NCBI RefSeq assembly: GCF_006345805.1
Contig: NC_042998.1
Coordinates: 43,710,001-43,774,000, forward strand
Length of the DNA stretch: 64,000 bases
Direction: 5' to 3'
DNA from: Octopus sinensis
Taxonomy: Eukaryota
Below the pieces are notes generated by a model. It made no database searches. It was not told where the DNA came from and worked only from the letters and a program-made list of their open reading frames with translations. The first letter of the stretch is position 1; every line of letters begins with the position of its first letter. This document shows, piece after piece, positions 25,164-37,160 of the stretch. The position numbers were made by a program, and so were the translations under genes.

Positions 25164-25546
25164 AGGCGGTGAGCTAACAGAAACGTTAGCACGTCGGGCG
25201 AAGTACTTAGCGGTATTTTGTCTGCCGCACGTTCTGAGTTCAAATTCCGCCGAGCTCGACTTTGGTCGATTAAATAAGTACCAGTTACGCACTGGAGTCG
25301 ATATAATCGACTTAATCCGTTTGTATGTCCTTATTTGTCCTCTCTGTGTTTAGCCTCTTGTGGGTAGTAAAGAAATAGGTACTTCGTCTGTCATTACGTT
25401 CTGAGTTCAAATTCCGCCGAGGTCGACATTGCCTTTCATCCTTTCAGGATCGATAAATTACGTACTAGCTGCGTACTGGGTCGATCTAATCGACTAGTCC
25501 CCTTTCCCAAAATTTCAGGCCTGGTGCCTAGAGTAGAAAAGAATAT
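25164..25546 (+). mobile_element. SINE family A, dimeric form
   Basis: Head plus core (internally deleted) plus tail 1, then a second B-box/core and tail 2 (ggcctggtgcctagagtagaaaag). Confidence 0.85.
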
Positions 25547-25576
25547 ATTCAATGGAATATAGTATATACCATCTGT

Positions 25577-25709
25577 AATATCGGTTTCAAATTTTAGCAT
25601 AAGGCCTGCAATTTCGAGGGAGTGGCTAAGTCGATTACGTCGGCCCATGTGCTCAGCTAGTACTTATTTTATTGGCCCCGAAAGGAAGAAAGGCAAAGTC
25701 AACCTCGGC
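25577..25709 (-). mobile_element. SINE family A, 3' part, inverted relative to 25164 copy
   Basis: aaggcctgcaatttcgaggg..tagtacttattttattggccccgaaagg..aggcaaagtcaacctcggc. Confidence 0.7.
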
Positions 25710-26639
25710 AAAAAAAACAACAAAAAACAAAAAAATACACCATCTGCAATCTCACATGTGAAAGTTACAGTATCATTCAACCAATGGGATCGATTTGATG
25801 GATTCCACAACAAAAGCTGCTATCTGTAAAGTATTTCAAAGTTGACTTCGGCATCCTTGTGATACTTCTGGCAGCTCTTTCACTTCCCTCGGACAACATC
25901 GATAGAGTAGAGAGTGGAAAGATGTCGCGTGGGCAAATTCTGTTCTTCTATAGAATTTTTCCCGCCCTGCGAAACCTTTCTGATGCTGAATCCTGGCCTT
26001 AACGAGATATATGTCCTGCCGAAGATCCCAAAGTTAGCTAATTTTGCATTCTTACCATATTATAAATCATGGTCTTGTGCATATTTTCTGTTAGTGTTTG
26101 CTAATCTAAAGTATTAAATGCAAATAAGAATTTCACGATTATCAACATGCTCCAGGCCATTTCGCATTTGCTATTATTCTGACACAAAATTAAATTTTTT
26201 CTCTATTGTAAGGAAGCAGATAATCTATTTCTTGCGTGTAAAATCTATCTTTATGAGAATGATATCTATTAGTAATCAAGAAATACATGGCGAATAGGAA
26301 AATGGAAGCATTTCTCAAGATAATCTCTAACATTTCTATGTCAATATTACTTCGTACGTGATTGGTCACACACCGAAGTTCCAAATATCTTATACGAATT
26401 TGCTGACGTAATTAGGGAAGTGTTATATTTTAGAAGCTAAATCTCAAGGATTTTCGATTAGAAGCTCTACACAACATATACGTCAGTGGTGCCAAAACTT
26501 TACAATTTCTTATTCATTTCGCTTATTATAAACCTCCTGTATAATACACCACAAATGCAACAATATATTTCTCACTTATCAAAAATAGGTTGAAATTGTT
26601 TTTTTTGTCGTATATGCTTTTGGCTGCACAAATTGTATA

Positions 26640-26970
26640 CATACATATATATGTATATATGTATATATATATATATATTTTGTTTCCTTTTGTTATCTTA
26701 CCGTTTTACCAATATATATATATATACACACACACACATATATACATATATATATATACGCACATATATATATATAGATATATATACATATATATATATA
26801 CACACACATATATATATATATACATACATATATATATATACATATATACATAAATATATATATATACACACACATATAATACACAAACACACGCACACAT
26901 ACATATATTATATATATTATATATATATATATATATATGTATGTATATATACACTACACACACACATGCA
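26640..26970. repeat. Compound (AT)/(AC) microsatellite
   Basis: Direct reading. Confidence 0.9.
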
Positions 26971-27503
26971 AATATACACTCGGCATTGTATTTCTATTTC
27001 TATTTCTATTTTGTTTTTAATTTCAGATGTGTACACACGCTGATAACTCTAATTACAATGGATCTCTTACGTTCATCAAGGTGTTGGACTTCAATACAAA
27101 AGAACACATGCACAGTGAAATTTGCGACAGGTTGGTTCCTAATGATTAACAACGATTAACATTTAGACTGTGTGTTTGTATGGTTGTAACGTGAATGTGT
27201 GTGATGAAATTACATTGGTAACAATGACAATCTAAGAAAATCAATTTAACATTTAATAGAGAAGCTACTGTTTAGTTCTAGGCCAGATCTAGCTAAGCGA
27301 GCATATAATCAATGACATTCCATTCTTGACCATTCCTTTTATTATTCAAACACAGGGTTACCGTAACTATAATATGACTTTCTTTCAGACGGTGTGACAT
27401 GAGAATGTGATCAGAGTGATATTTGGTTGCTATTTCTTGCAGGTTAAGCGACCACGTAGAACATTCCTCGTTTATTAATTTAAAAGAAATCATTTTTTTT
27501 CTT

Positions 27504-27680
27504 TGTGAAGTATATTTGGCTCTTAAATGTGGCTAACCATTAAGGATGGATGCTACTGTAGATCGTATCCCCAGAACATCTTCTCTAGCCGGCTATTGAC
27601 ACACTTTCTGTGCGCTATCAAGCTACAGTAGCATCCACCCTTAGTGGTTAGCCACATTTAAGTGGCAAATATACTTCACA
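27504..27680. mobile_element. MITE-like element with 58-bp terminal inverted repeats
   Basis: Arms 27504-27561 and 27623-27680 with 4 mismatches, 61-nt interior, TT on both flanks. Confidence 0.8.
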
Positions 27681-28009
27681 TTGTCGTGCAGCTACTGTTT
27701 ATACCTTGTTCAGAGATTTGTTATTGCATTTTTTCTTTGTTTGCAAATTTGTATATGTATATCTATAGATGATAATCTGTCATTTGAAGATGTTATGATG
27801 AAGATGCTGTGATTTGTAAAACCTGCTGTTGTGCTGTGGTTTCGAAGCACTGTTTTTAAAACTTACACTTTGACTGCTGCTTTTTCTTCAGAGCAGGACA
27901 ATCGAGGCGTAGAAGGGGCGAAGAAGTAAGGGCTAAAGTTTGTGAAAACAATGTATATATTCAGTGGTCTTATTTTATTTTCTGTAAGAATCTTGGAATA
28001 TACTGAGAC

Positions 28010-28331
28010 CCTCTTCGGTTATGACTGACCATGGGATTGCACCTAGAAAGTTACTCTCCCAGGCACAAGTCCGGGAAAAGTTGTTTATGGAAGACCAGCA
28101 GTCGCCCATGCATACCGGCTTCCCCTCTCCACGCCACCAGTGTTATCCAAGGGTTAGACAACGGCCGATACAGCTTGGCACCTGTGACGTCGCAACTCAT
28201 TTCTACAGCTGAGTGAACTGGAGCAACGTGAAATATAGTGTGTTGCTCAAGAACACTACACGCAGCCCGGTCCAGGATTCGAACTTACAACCCCACGATC
28301 GTAACCTCGATGCTCTAACCAATGAGCCATC
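28010..28331 (-). mobile_element. SINE family C, full length (tRNA-Arg(ACG)-like head)
   Basis: Head tggctcattggttagagc..ttACGat..gttcgaatcc; core gtgttcttgagcaacacact; compatible with octopus OR-type SINEs (name not verified). Confidence 0.9.
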
Positions 28332-30728
28332 TTGGAATAATAACCTAATAATTACATGAGTGTGCAAACAAAGAGAAACGCTCTTATTGCACAGGTTTCG
28401 CTCGCACCCCCGTCCACACACACACGCACACGCACGCACATGAATGCGCGCGCACACACATGCACACACATGCACATACACAAATAAATAAAATAGAAAA
28501 ATGATCTGAACTAAACAGAGAAATGGAAAATAGTGTTTAATGAGTAATTGCGCAATTAATCTAGAAATTTAGTCACAAAGATCAGTTGAGGAAAGACACC
28601 TCACAAAATTCGGTGGAGTATGTTAAATCTTCAAATATATTCACAGATTTGATAGAGTCAAGACATACTTGCATACACACAAGCTGAATAAATATTGTGA
28701 GTAGATCGACTTTTCAGACATCGGCTCCTGCAGCTGTATATATTTTATTTATGAGCAATGTTTGGGCTCCCTGTTTTCAGTCGGTGATAGCCTTTACAAC
28801 TGTCTATCTGCACATATGGTCTCAAAGGAACTTCAAATTTTCCTACCGCTACACGATTACATCTTTGATTATTTATTATATCTAGTCTCCATTCACTTCA
28901 TGATTCCCTGTGTAGAAAACAAAAAAGTTGTTAGTTTTATCACTGTTGTTGATTTCTGTTGAATGTTTCTTTCCTTCCGGAATATATTTAGATGATTCTC
29001 ATCCTTTAACCCATTTCGTATAATGTCTTTCTTTTCTATTACTGAAAATTCTTCGCAGCATGTGGCGTTGGCGTTTGTAAATAGTATATGCTCTTATTTA
29101 GAGCGAAAATACAATGGAATCTTTTCTGTGTGATTTCAAGTTATGCAAAACAGGTTCACTTTTCCCCCCAATGAAATATTTATGCATTGGTTAGAAACTG
29201 TTATCTGTTGTTGTCATTTATCTTTTATTGTGACCTTTGATAACATTACGACTGTGAATACTATGTATTAGTTTCAGTTGAACATGGCTATGTTGGGATT
29301 CTGATTGATATTGTGTTGCGCAGTAGTTTTTCTTGTTATTCACTTTATATACAATTCGGTAATATTTACTACACTTGTAAATTGCTGTTGAACTCTTGGT
29401 ATTTTTGGAGCGGTAAGCTTTCTGGTATCTACATATTCCTAGTTTAAACACTTCAGTCTTCTGTCCACCGTGACCCTGCAAATTCATCATGCTAAGGTAG
29501 TTCGCAATGACGTCGTTACTAACTTGCTATTTATATTATGTCGAAATCATATCTTACAAGTGCATTCAGTCGTCTCTTTACTATATTACTTGGTAGAATC
29601 ACATTAATCTGTCTTAGGTTTTCAGGTTTATTACGCCCTATATTATACCAATACTCATCAGTAGTTCGTATTAAGATATTAACTTATATTTCTGATGCAA
29701 ACAGATTTAACTCCATCATTTTATAATAATGAATGGCAGTTTAACAATTAACGCTAATCTATATGTTAACAAACTGCCTGTAGTGACTCGAATATCCTTA
29801 CAACTATCTATAAGAAAAATAAACTTTTTGGTCACAAGAATAACCTTCTCTTGTATTGAATAAAAAAATAAATGATGAGTAAAATACATAATCTCATAAT
29901 TTCAATACTTTTCATATCTTCAGTTTTTAGAAAATGAATTCAGTTTGAGAGCTGTATATCCATCATTATCACATTCAGTTACTACAAGAAAAAAGTTTAC
30001 ATTCTTAACAGCTTATTCTAAGTTCAAATATCTTTTCAGCTGTTGAGAAATATATGCATTATACCTGATTTCTTATCGGTTAATGGCTAGAACGCTAGAC
30101 TTGTGTCTGGACAATAAAAGTGATACAGCTCTGTAAAATGGAGAAACTAGCCTTTATATATACATGTAATAGTATAGACAGGATCTTAGCTATCTGAACG
30201 CGCGGTATTATTTCCTTCCTGATTTATTGCTTTATATGCAAATGCCTTTAGCAAAATCATGGACGCTACTCCGTATTATTGTTACACGTGTTTTATGCAT
30301 TGCCAACAACAACAACAAGTACTAAAACTAAATAAAAAAGTAATAATAATAATAATAATAATAATAAAAGGGCAAATCAAGATAAATAAAATCCTTGTAG
30401 TTATTTGCTGTTACTTTAATCTCTGTTCTTGCTTAATGCTTTGACAATATTTCTAAGTGTTTTAAAATCTTTTCAACTCAGGACTGCTAAATGGTGGATT
30501 CTTCATCAAATTTGGTTTTGTAACTATCAGGATTTCTGAATTTATGTTCTGAAAAATATAGTTCATAATTTTGATTTTACTGTACTCAACTAAATAATTC
30601 TTGAATATAACTTATATAACTGTCTGTCTGTCTGTTTATCTCTCTCTCTCTCAGACACACACGCACAAACGTACGCATGCACCACACGCACACGTATATA
30701 TGTATAGTATAGTATATATATATATATA

Positions 30729-30816
<88 letters not shown>

Positions 30817-31012
30817 TATACCAGTCGCCATGATAGATCGTTAGCCACTGCACACATTTTTTCTCTCTTTGTTTTTTCTGTGTCCCTTTCTGTAGAAGAG
30901 CATAGGCTCGAAACGTAAAATACTTTTTCTATTCCTGAGCGTTATACTAATACCTGTGTTTGTTTTGTACAGCACCTGTCTTCGTCTTTTGTTTTTTCGT
31001 AAACTCTCCCTA
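30817..31012 (+). mobile_element. Microsatellite-embedded mini-element with HHR-like motif
   Basis: About 195 nt between (AT)n and (CA)n, pyrimidine-rich, with a central HHR-like motif. Confidence 0.6.
30887..30920 (+). ncRNA. Minimal hammerhead-like motif with U at core position 6
   Basis: UUU-CUGUAGA-A-GAGC(AUAG)GCUC-GAA-ACGU-A-AAA; GUA site; palindromic helix III. Confidence 0.55.
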
Positions 31013-31097
31013 TACACACACACAAGCACACACACACACACACATATATATATATACATATGGCCAACTTGGGCAAGTGTCAAATGACTGAAGCAAA

Positions 31098-31145
<48 letters not shown>

Positions 31146-31269
31146 GGTAATTTACTATGTGTAACTCTATTTATTTTCGCTTTGTATATTTTGAATATAA
31201 CAATACCAGAAGAGAAATTAAAAGGGTCGGGGTCCATTGTAACGAGGAAAAGTGAATGAGTGAGTGAGA

Positions 31270-31302
<33 letters not shown>

Positions 31303-32369
31303 TGAGAGTGTGTGTGAAGCATTACAAAAATTAAAATGAAAGCTAGCTTTAAACAGAGAAGAAGAAAAAGATGAGTAGAAATACACAGCAACATGTTTGA
31401 TATCGATGTATTTAATTATCTAATTCTCTATCTTTCTAAGTGTATATTAGTAAGCAAAATAATGTCATCATCAATTGAAAATCTCTCATCAATCAAACAT
31501 AGTTGTTTAATAGGAAATTTATTCGTACAATCAACGACAAGGACGTAAGCCAAATATCAATATCATATGCCGTTAGTCACTCATTTTCTAGCAAAGTTTT
31601 TGAAGTACATATTAGCAAAGGAAATAATGGTATGTTCAGTTGAAAATGTCTATTTGTCTGTATCTTTAAGGACAATTAGTTCATGTAGCCAATGAACTCC
31701 TTTAGAAGTGTGAATGTTTAAATGACAATCATAGCAAAAATAATCTAATAATGAAGAGTACTTAACAAAACATAATTTCCTTAAGCCATCATTTTTCACG
31801 TCATAGATCGATCATGAGTGTATGCGTGTTTGAATGTGAGTGTGCCTGGGTGTGTATGTGAATGTGTGCGCGTGTTTGTGCGAGAGAGAGAGAGTTGTAC
31901 TACATTCGGCCTTTGTACCAAACAAATCTGCTGTCCAATGTTGGTGTCTGTCGTGTATTGTAACGTATATATCGCATTTTTTCCAGTCGTCGTGCAAGCT
32001 CTCAATAACGAAATGAAATGGTATGACCAGTTATTCAAGAAAGAATTACTGCAACACCTTGAATTTAATGATTGGCTTGAACGAAACAATAATAATAAAG
32101 TAACAAGCACCAATAAATGATGGAGCTTTACTCTGAATAATTCAAATAAATCCATTCTATTTTATGTTCTTTTTTCTTTTTTATATTTTGTGTGGATTTT
32201 TTCAAGCTTGATCTGGCGGGTGGCAGCCCTGAAAATCACACAAGCAATTCTCTGTCGACTAAAAGGATCACACTAACCTTCTTCTTGCTTTTGATATCGA
32301 CCATTTAATCTCAGCATTCAGAAAATCATCATATTCAAAACTTTCTTCTATTATTTTGACAGCATAAAT

Positions 32370-32560
32370 GAGGTGAACGGGCAGAATCGTTAGCACGCCG
32401 GGCGAAATGCATAGTGGTATCTTGTCCATCTTCACGTTCTCAGTTCAAAGTCCTTTCGGGGTCGATTAAATAAATACCAGTGGAACACTGGGGTTGTTGT
32501 AATCTACTTATCCCCTTCCCCCAAATTTCAGGCCTGGTGTCTATAGTAGAAAGGATTATT
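32370..32560 (+). mobile_element. SINE family A, internally deleted
   Basis: gcagaatcgttagcacgccgggcgaaatgc..cctttcggggtcgattaa..ggcctggtgtctatagtagaaagg. Confidence 0.75.
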
Positions 32561-32576
32561 TTGATAACATATTATG

Positions 32577-32806
32577 GGGGCGTGGTGGCAGAATCGTTAG
32601 CACGTCGGACAAAAAGCTTAGCACTACTTCATTTGTCCCTTTACGTTCTGTGTTCATATTTCACCGAGGTCGACTTTGACTTTCTTCATTTCGACGTCGA
32701 TAAAATAAGTATCAGCTGAGCATTGGAGTCGGTGTAATCGACTCCAGGCCTTGTGCCTATAGAAGAAGAATTTCAGGCCTTGCGCCTATAGAAAAAAGGA
32801 TTATTA
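32577..32806 (+). mobile_element. SINE family A with duplicated tail
   Basis: Head and core followed by caggccttg(t/c)gcctatagaa twice. Confidence 0.75.
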
Positions 32807-34185
32807 TAGAAGATGATCAAACCTTTAGGAAAAGGTAATTAATACAACTCTTATATAAAGACTTACATAACTTTAAAAATACTCCATTTTTGAAATTCAT
32901 GAATCTGCTTCATTTACTAACTCCCGTAAGGTAAACGTTTTAATATGTTAAATGATAAACATTAGTGAACGCTGCCGGTCTACAGTATGAATAACAGCTT
33001 AAAATCTATTGCATCATCCATATTTCAAAATACTTTTTTCATCAGTTATACTAATAGTCATTGGAGCTAGTGCATGAATACCGATAGCAATTCATTCGGA
33101 AATATCTATCAATCTGCTTATCTATCTGTTTTCTAAGAAATTGCGATAGTTCTTTATAAAAAGTAGTGCGTCATAGTGTCTACACAATAATACCAGCAAT
33201 CATTAACTCATCACAATGCATCTAGCAATATTGTTCCACAATGAATAAAATAAAATAAAAAGGCTTTTGACTACGATATCAACATTAACTGGCTAGACTT
33301 CTTCAATGCCATTTTCTAATAATAAAAAAAAAAGACACAAATTACCAATTAGTCTCAATCGTTCTGCTACAATGAATATACAAGAATAAGAAATGACCTG
33401 CGATAATCTTACGATAAATTGATAGCCTACTTTATAAATTAGCGTTTTTTTTTCTAGTTATTTCATTTGCTTAACCAAATAAGAATCGAAATGAAATATA
33501 AAAAAAAACACAAAAGGAGGAAAGAATATAGGATAAGATAGAGAGAGAGAGAGATTAAGAAAAAGAAAAGAGGAGTATAGTTCATTTAAAAAGGAATTGA
33601 ACAGAATGACTAATATTATGATAATTTCTATAGAAAGGAAGAGGGGCAATCGAACAAGTTAGAAAAGAGGTTTAAGTCTCGTGCTTTAATTTTGTTGCTG
33701 TGCAAAGTTAGCATTTGTATACATACAAAGTAAGGTAAAAACAAACAAAACAAAGAAACAAGCAAGCTACAGATCATGAAGTAAACTCTTAGCTCAGCAG
33801 ATGTTTAGGTAATTGTTACTTGTCTCGATTACTGACCTTAATTAGTCTTAGCCATTTATATATATAGAAAGGTCGAAGCTCTTAAATTGTGTCCAGCTTC
33901 AACGATTAGTACTAATTTTTAGTCAGCGACAGCTCTGTAAATTTTCTGTTTTTATTCTTCGTTCTTGTTGTGTATTTATTTATATGATGACAACCGGGCT
34001 AGCCAACAAATTGCGCTAGTTTCTGAAGGAATGTAAAACCTTTTCTCTTTCTCACACTCACATTTTCGCTCTTATTTTCATCCATCTCTCTCTCGCTAAC
34101 TCACTCGCTCTTTCTTACCTTTGCTCTCGCTCGTTTTTTTTCACATTCTCAATTTCTCAATGTCCCTCTCTTGTTTGTTCGCTCA

Positions 34186-34189
<4 letters not shown>

Positions 34190-34258
<69 letters not shown>

Positions 34259-34300
34259 CTCTCTCTCTCTCTCTCCATATATATATATAGATAGATAGAT
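34190..34300. repeat. (TCTA)n/(CT)n/(AGAT)n microsatellite
   Basis: Direct reading. Confidence 0.95.
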
Positions 34301-34604
34301 AGATAGTGTGCACGCGCGTGCTTTTTCTATGTCTTAGGTAAGGTAAACAAGGTTTATATTTATTTATTTATCTATATACCAACTTGTGAACAATAAACGT
34401 TGTTGGTTGAAAATTTCATCAACTAGCAAATCACTGGTTTACCACAATTCTAACGAAAGCAATCACAAGAAAGTGTCTGCAACTTTCATCAGAACAAATA
34501 CCGCAAGACATTGTTCAAAGTGGAATGGCTTTTTTGCGTATTTCTCGATGGCATGCATCGGCGCTTGATATACACATACACATATGCACGGACGCGCGCG
34601 CATA

Positions 34605-34607
<3 letters not shown>

Positions 34608-34688
<81 letters not shown>

Positions 34689-34700
34689 CTCTCTCTCACA
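34608..34700. repeat. (CA)n microsatellite, about 38 units
   Basis: Direct reading. Confidence 0.95.
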
Positions 34701-35518
34701 CACACGCATACACATTCACTTGCGCTATAAGCGACTACGAAGTAATCATCTGCTGAATTCCACCCAGAAGACTTTGAGTAACTGGAGACAATGCTATACG
34801 ATACTTGATCATGTGCGGTGCAGTGATATCGAACGTGGTTGCACAATGAACTTCATAGCCGCAAGTATTGCAACAATCGTTCTGCATCGAGTTAAAGTTA
34901 CACCTTGTCATTGATGTTGTCTAAAATGCAAAATCAGGGATTGGTGCGTCAGAAACCTGTAACCAATAGCACTATAGGTCACCAATTGCGATATATAATT
35001 AATAATTAAATTTGTTTATAATTAGCCGTCTTTTTCTGTTTCAATGAGATCCGATTTTAACGGAAGGAGTGGAGGGAAAGAGAAAGAAAGAAAGAAAGAA
35101 AGAAAGAGAGAAAGAGAAAGAGAAAGTGATTGAAGAAGAGGGAATGTATAAATGACAAGATGTATATATATATATTTATATATTTGTGTTCGCACATGGT
35201 ATTAGCGGTGTGTAACCAAGCTCCCTTGGCAGTAATAGAAGCGGATGTTATACATAGGTAATGATGTACTGACAGATTTATATCACCTGCTGTTGGTAAC
35301 CCTTGCCTATACAGGTAACCTTTGTTTTTTGTTATACTGTCCGGCCTATAGCTTTTGGCACAGATCAGCAATCAATTCATCCGACCGTAATATTTGATTG
35401 GTACTGGCTTATTATATTCATAGCTGGCAAGAAGAAACTCCTTGTTGACCTCAGCAGGAATTGAACTCCAAATGTAAAGTACTACTGTAAAAAAGAAAAA
35501 AAAAAACAATAGAAAAAT

Positions 35519-35690
35519 AGGCCCGTCGTAGCTGCGTGGTAAGAAGCTTGCTTCCCAACCACATAGTTCTGGGTTGTCCCGCCTCGAGGCACCTTGGGCA
35601 TGAATCTTTTACTGCAACTTCGGCCGACCAAAAACTTGTCAGGAGTGGATTTGGTGGATGGAAACTGAAAAAGCCCGTCGTTTGTATGTT
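35519..35690 (+). mobile_element. SINE family B, 5' half
   Basis: gctgcgtggtaagaagcttgcttcccaacc..ggaaactgaaaaagcccgtcg. Confidence 0.8.
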
Positions 35691-35694
35691 CTTT

Positions 35695-36090
35695 GTTCTT
35701 TTATATGTTTCAGTCATTGAATTGAGGCCATGCTGGAGCACCACCTTAAAAGGTTTTAGTCGCAGAAATCGACCCTAGGACCTATTCTTTGTAAGCTTTT
35801 CTATCATCGCTTTTGCCGAACCGCTAAGTTACTGGGACGTAAACATACCAACATCGGTTGTCAAACACAGACACAAAGACACAAACTCATAAATACATGC
35901 GCGCGCACACACACACACATATATACATACACGATGGGCTTGTTTTTCCGTCTACGAAATCCACTCACAAAAGTTTGCTCGGCTCGAGGCTATAGTAGAA
36001 GATACTTGCCCAAGGTGCCACGCAGTGGGACTGAGCTCGGAACCTTGTGTTTGGGAAGCAAGCTTTTTATCAAACAGCCAAATTTGCGCC
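35695..36090 (-). mobile_element. SINE family B, full length
   Basis: Reverse complement of both halves around a (CA)n tract. Confidence 0.85.
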
Positions 36091-36107
36091 TGTAAATGTG
36101 TGTGCGT

Positions 36108-36305
36108 GTGTGTCTGTGTGTGTCACCCGTGACAGCTGGTGTTAATATGTTTACGTCCTCTTAACTTAGCTTGGCAAGAAATAGCAGAGAGAATAAGCGC
36201 CAAGCTTAACAAAAAATATGTCCTGTGGTCGATCAATTCGGTTAAAAATGCATCAAGGGAGGGCCCCTGGCATGGCCGTAGGCTAATGACTGAAAAGATA
36301 AAAAG
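36108..36305 (+). mobile_element. SINE family B, eroded 3' half
   Basis: gtgacagctggtgttaatatgtttacgtcc..catggccgtaggctaatgactgaaaagataaaaag. Confidence 0.6.
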
Positions 36306-36492
36306 GTAAAAGACTACTCCCATTTCAAGTTACATCTCTATATGATATTGATTACGTATTAACCCACGGGTATACAGTGAATCTCATTTCATGTCACCCC
36401 TGCACTATTCCTAATGCATCCCCACCTCACATTTGCCTTTGAACGAGGGAAAAAAAATCTGCTGCTTACAGTTCATCTAATGATTATACTAA

Positions 36493-36895
36493 GGCGGTGA
36501 ACTGGCAGAAACGTTACCACGCTGGGCGAAATGCTTAGCGGTATTTCGTCTGCGTTACGTTGTGAGTTCAAATTCCGCTGAGGTCGACTTTGCCTTTCAT
36601 CCTTTCGGGGTCGATAAATTAAGTACCAGTTACGCACTGGGGTCGATGTAATCGACTTAATACCTATGTCTGTCCTTGTTTGTCCCCTCTGTGTTTAGCC
36701 CCTTGTGGGTAATAAAGAAATAGGTATTTCGTCTGTCGTTACGTTCTCAGTTCAAATTCCACCGAGGTCGACTTTACCTTTCATCATTTCGGGTTCGATA
36801 AATTCAGTACCAGTTGCGTACTAGGGTTGATCTAATAGTCTGCCCCACCTCCCTCAAATTTCGGGCCTTGTGTCTAAATTAGAAAAGAATGATTA
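36493..36895 (+). mobile_element. SINE family A, dimeric form
   Basis: Head plus core plus tail 1 (..gtgggtaataaagaaatagg), then a second B-box/core and tail 2. Confidence 0.9.
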
Positions 36896-37070
36896 TTATA
36901 CTTCTGCTGCTGCAGATGATGATGTTGCTGCTGCTGCTATTAATGCTACAAATTCTACTGCTGCCATCACCACTACCGCAACTACCATCACTACAATCAC
37001 CACCACAACCACTACCACAACTACTACCTCTTAGTAGTAGCAGTAGTATACTACTGCTGTTGCTGCTGCA

Positions 37071-37159
<89 letters not shown>

Positions 37160-37160
37160 C
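36896..37160. repeat. (CTA)n/(CTG)n/(CCA)n trinucleotide array
   Basis: Direct reading; continues from the SINE tail. Confidence 0.9.

Noticed and set aside
27562-27622. Ribozyme inside the 177-bp MITE
   Set aside because: No consistent HHR helix III or core on either strand.
29218-29726. Non-repetitive short ORFs (also at 3864, 9003, 10480 and 53053-53470)
   Set aside because: No recognisable motifs or exon structure; their lengths are compatible with chance.
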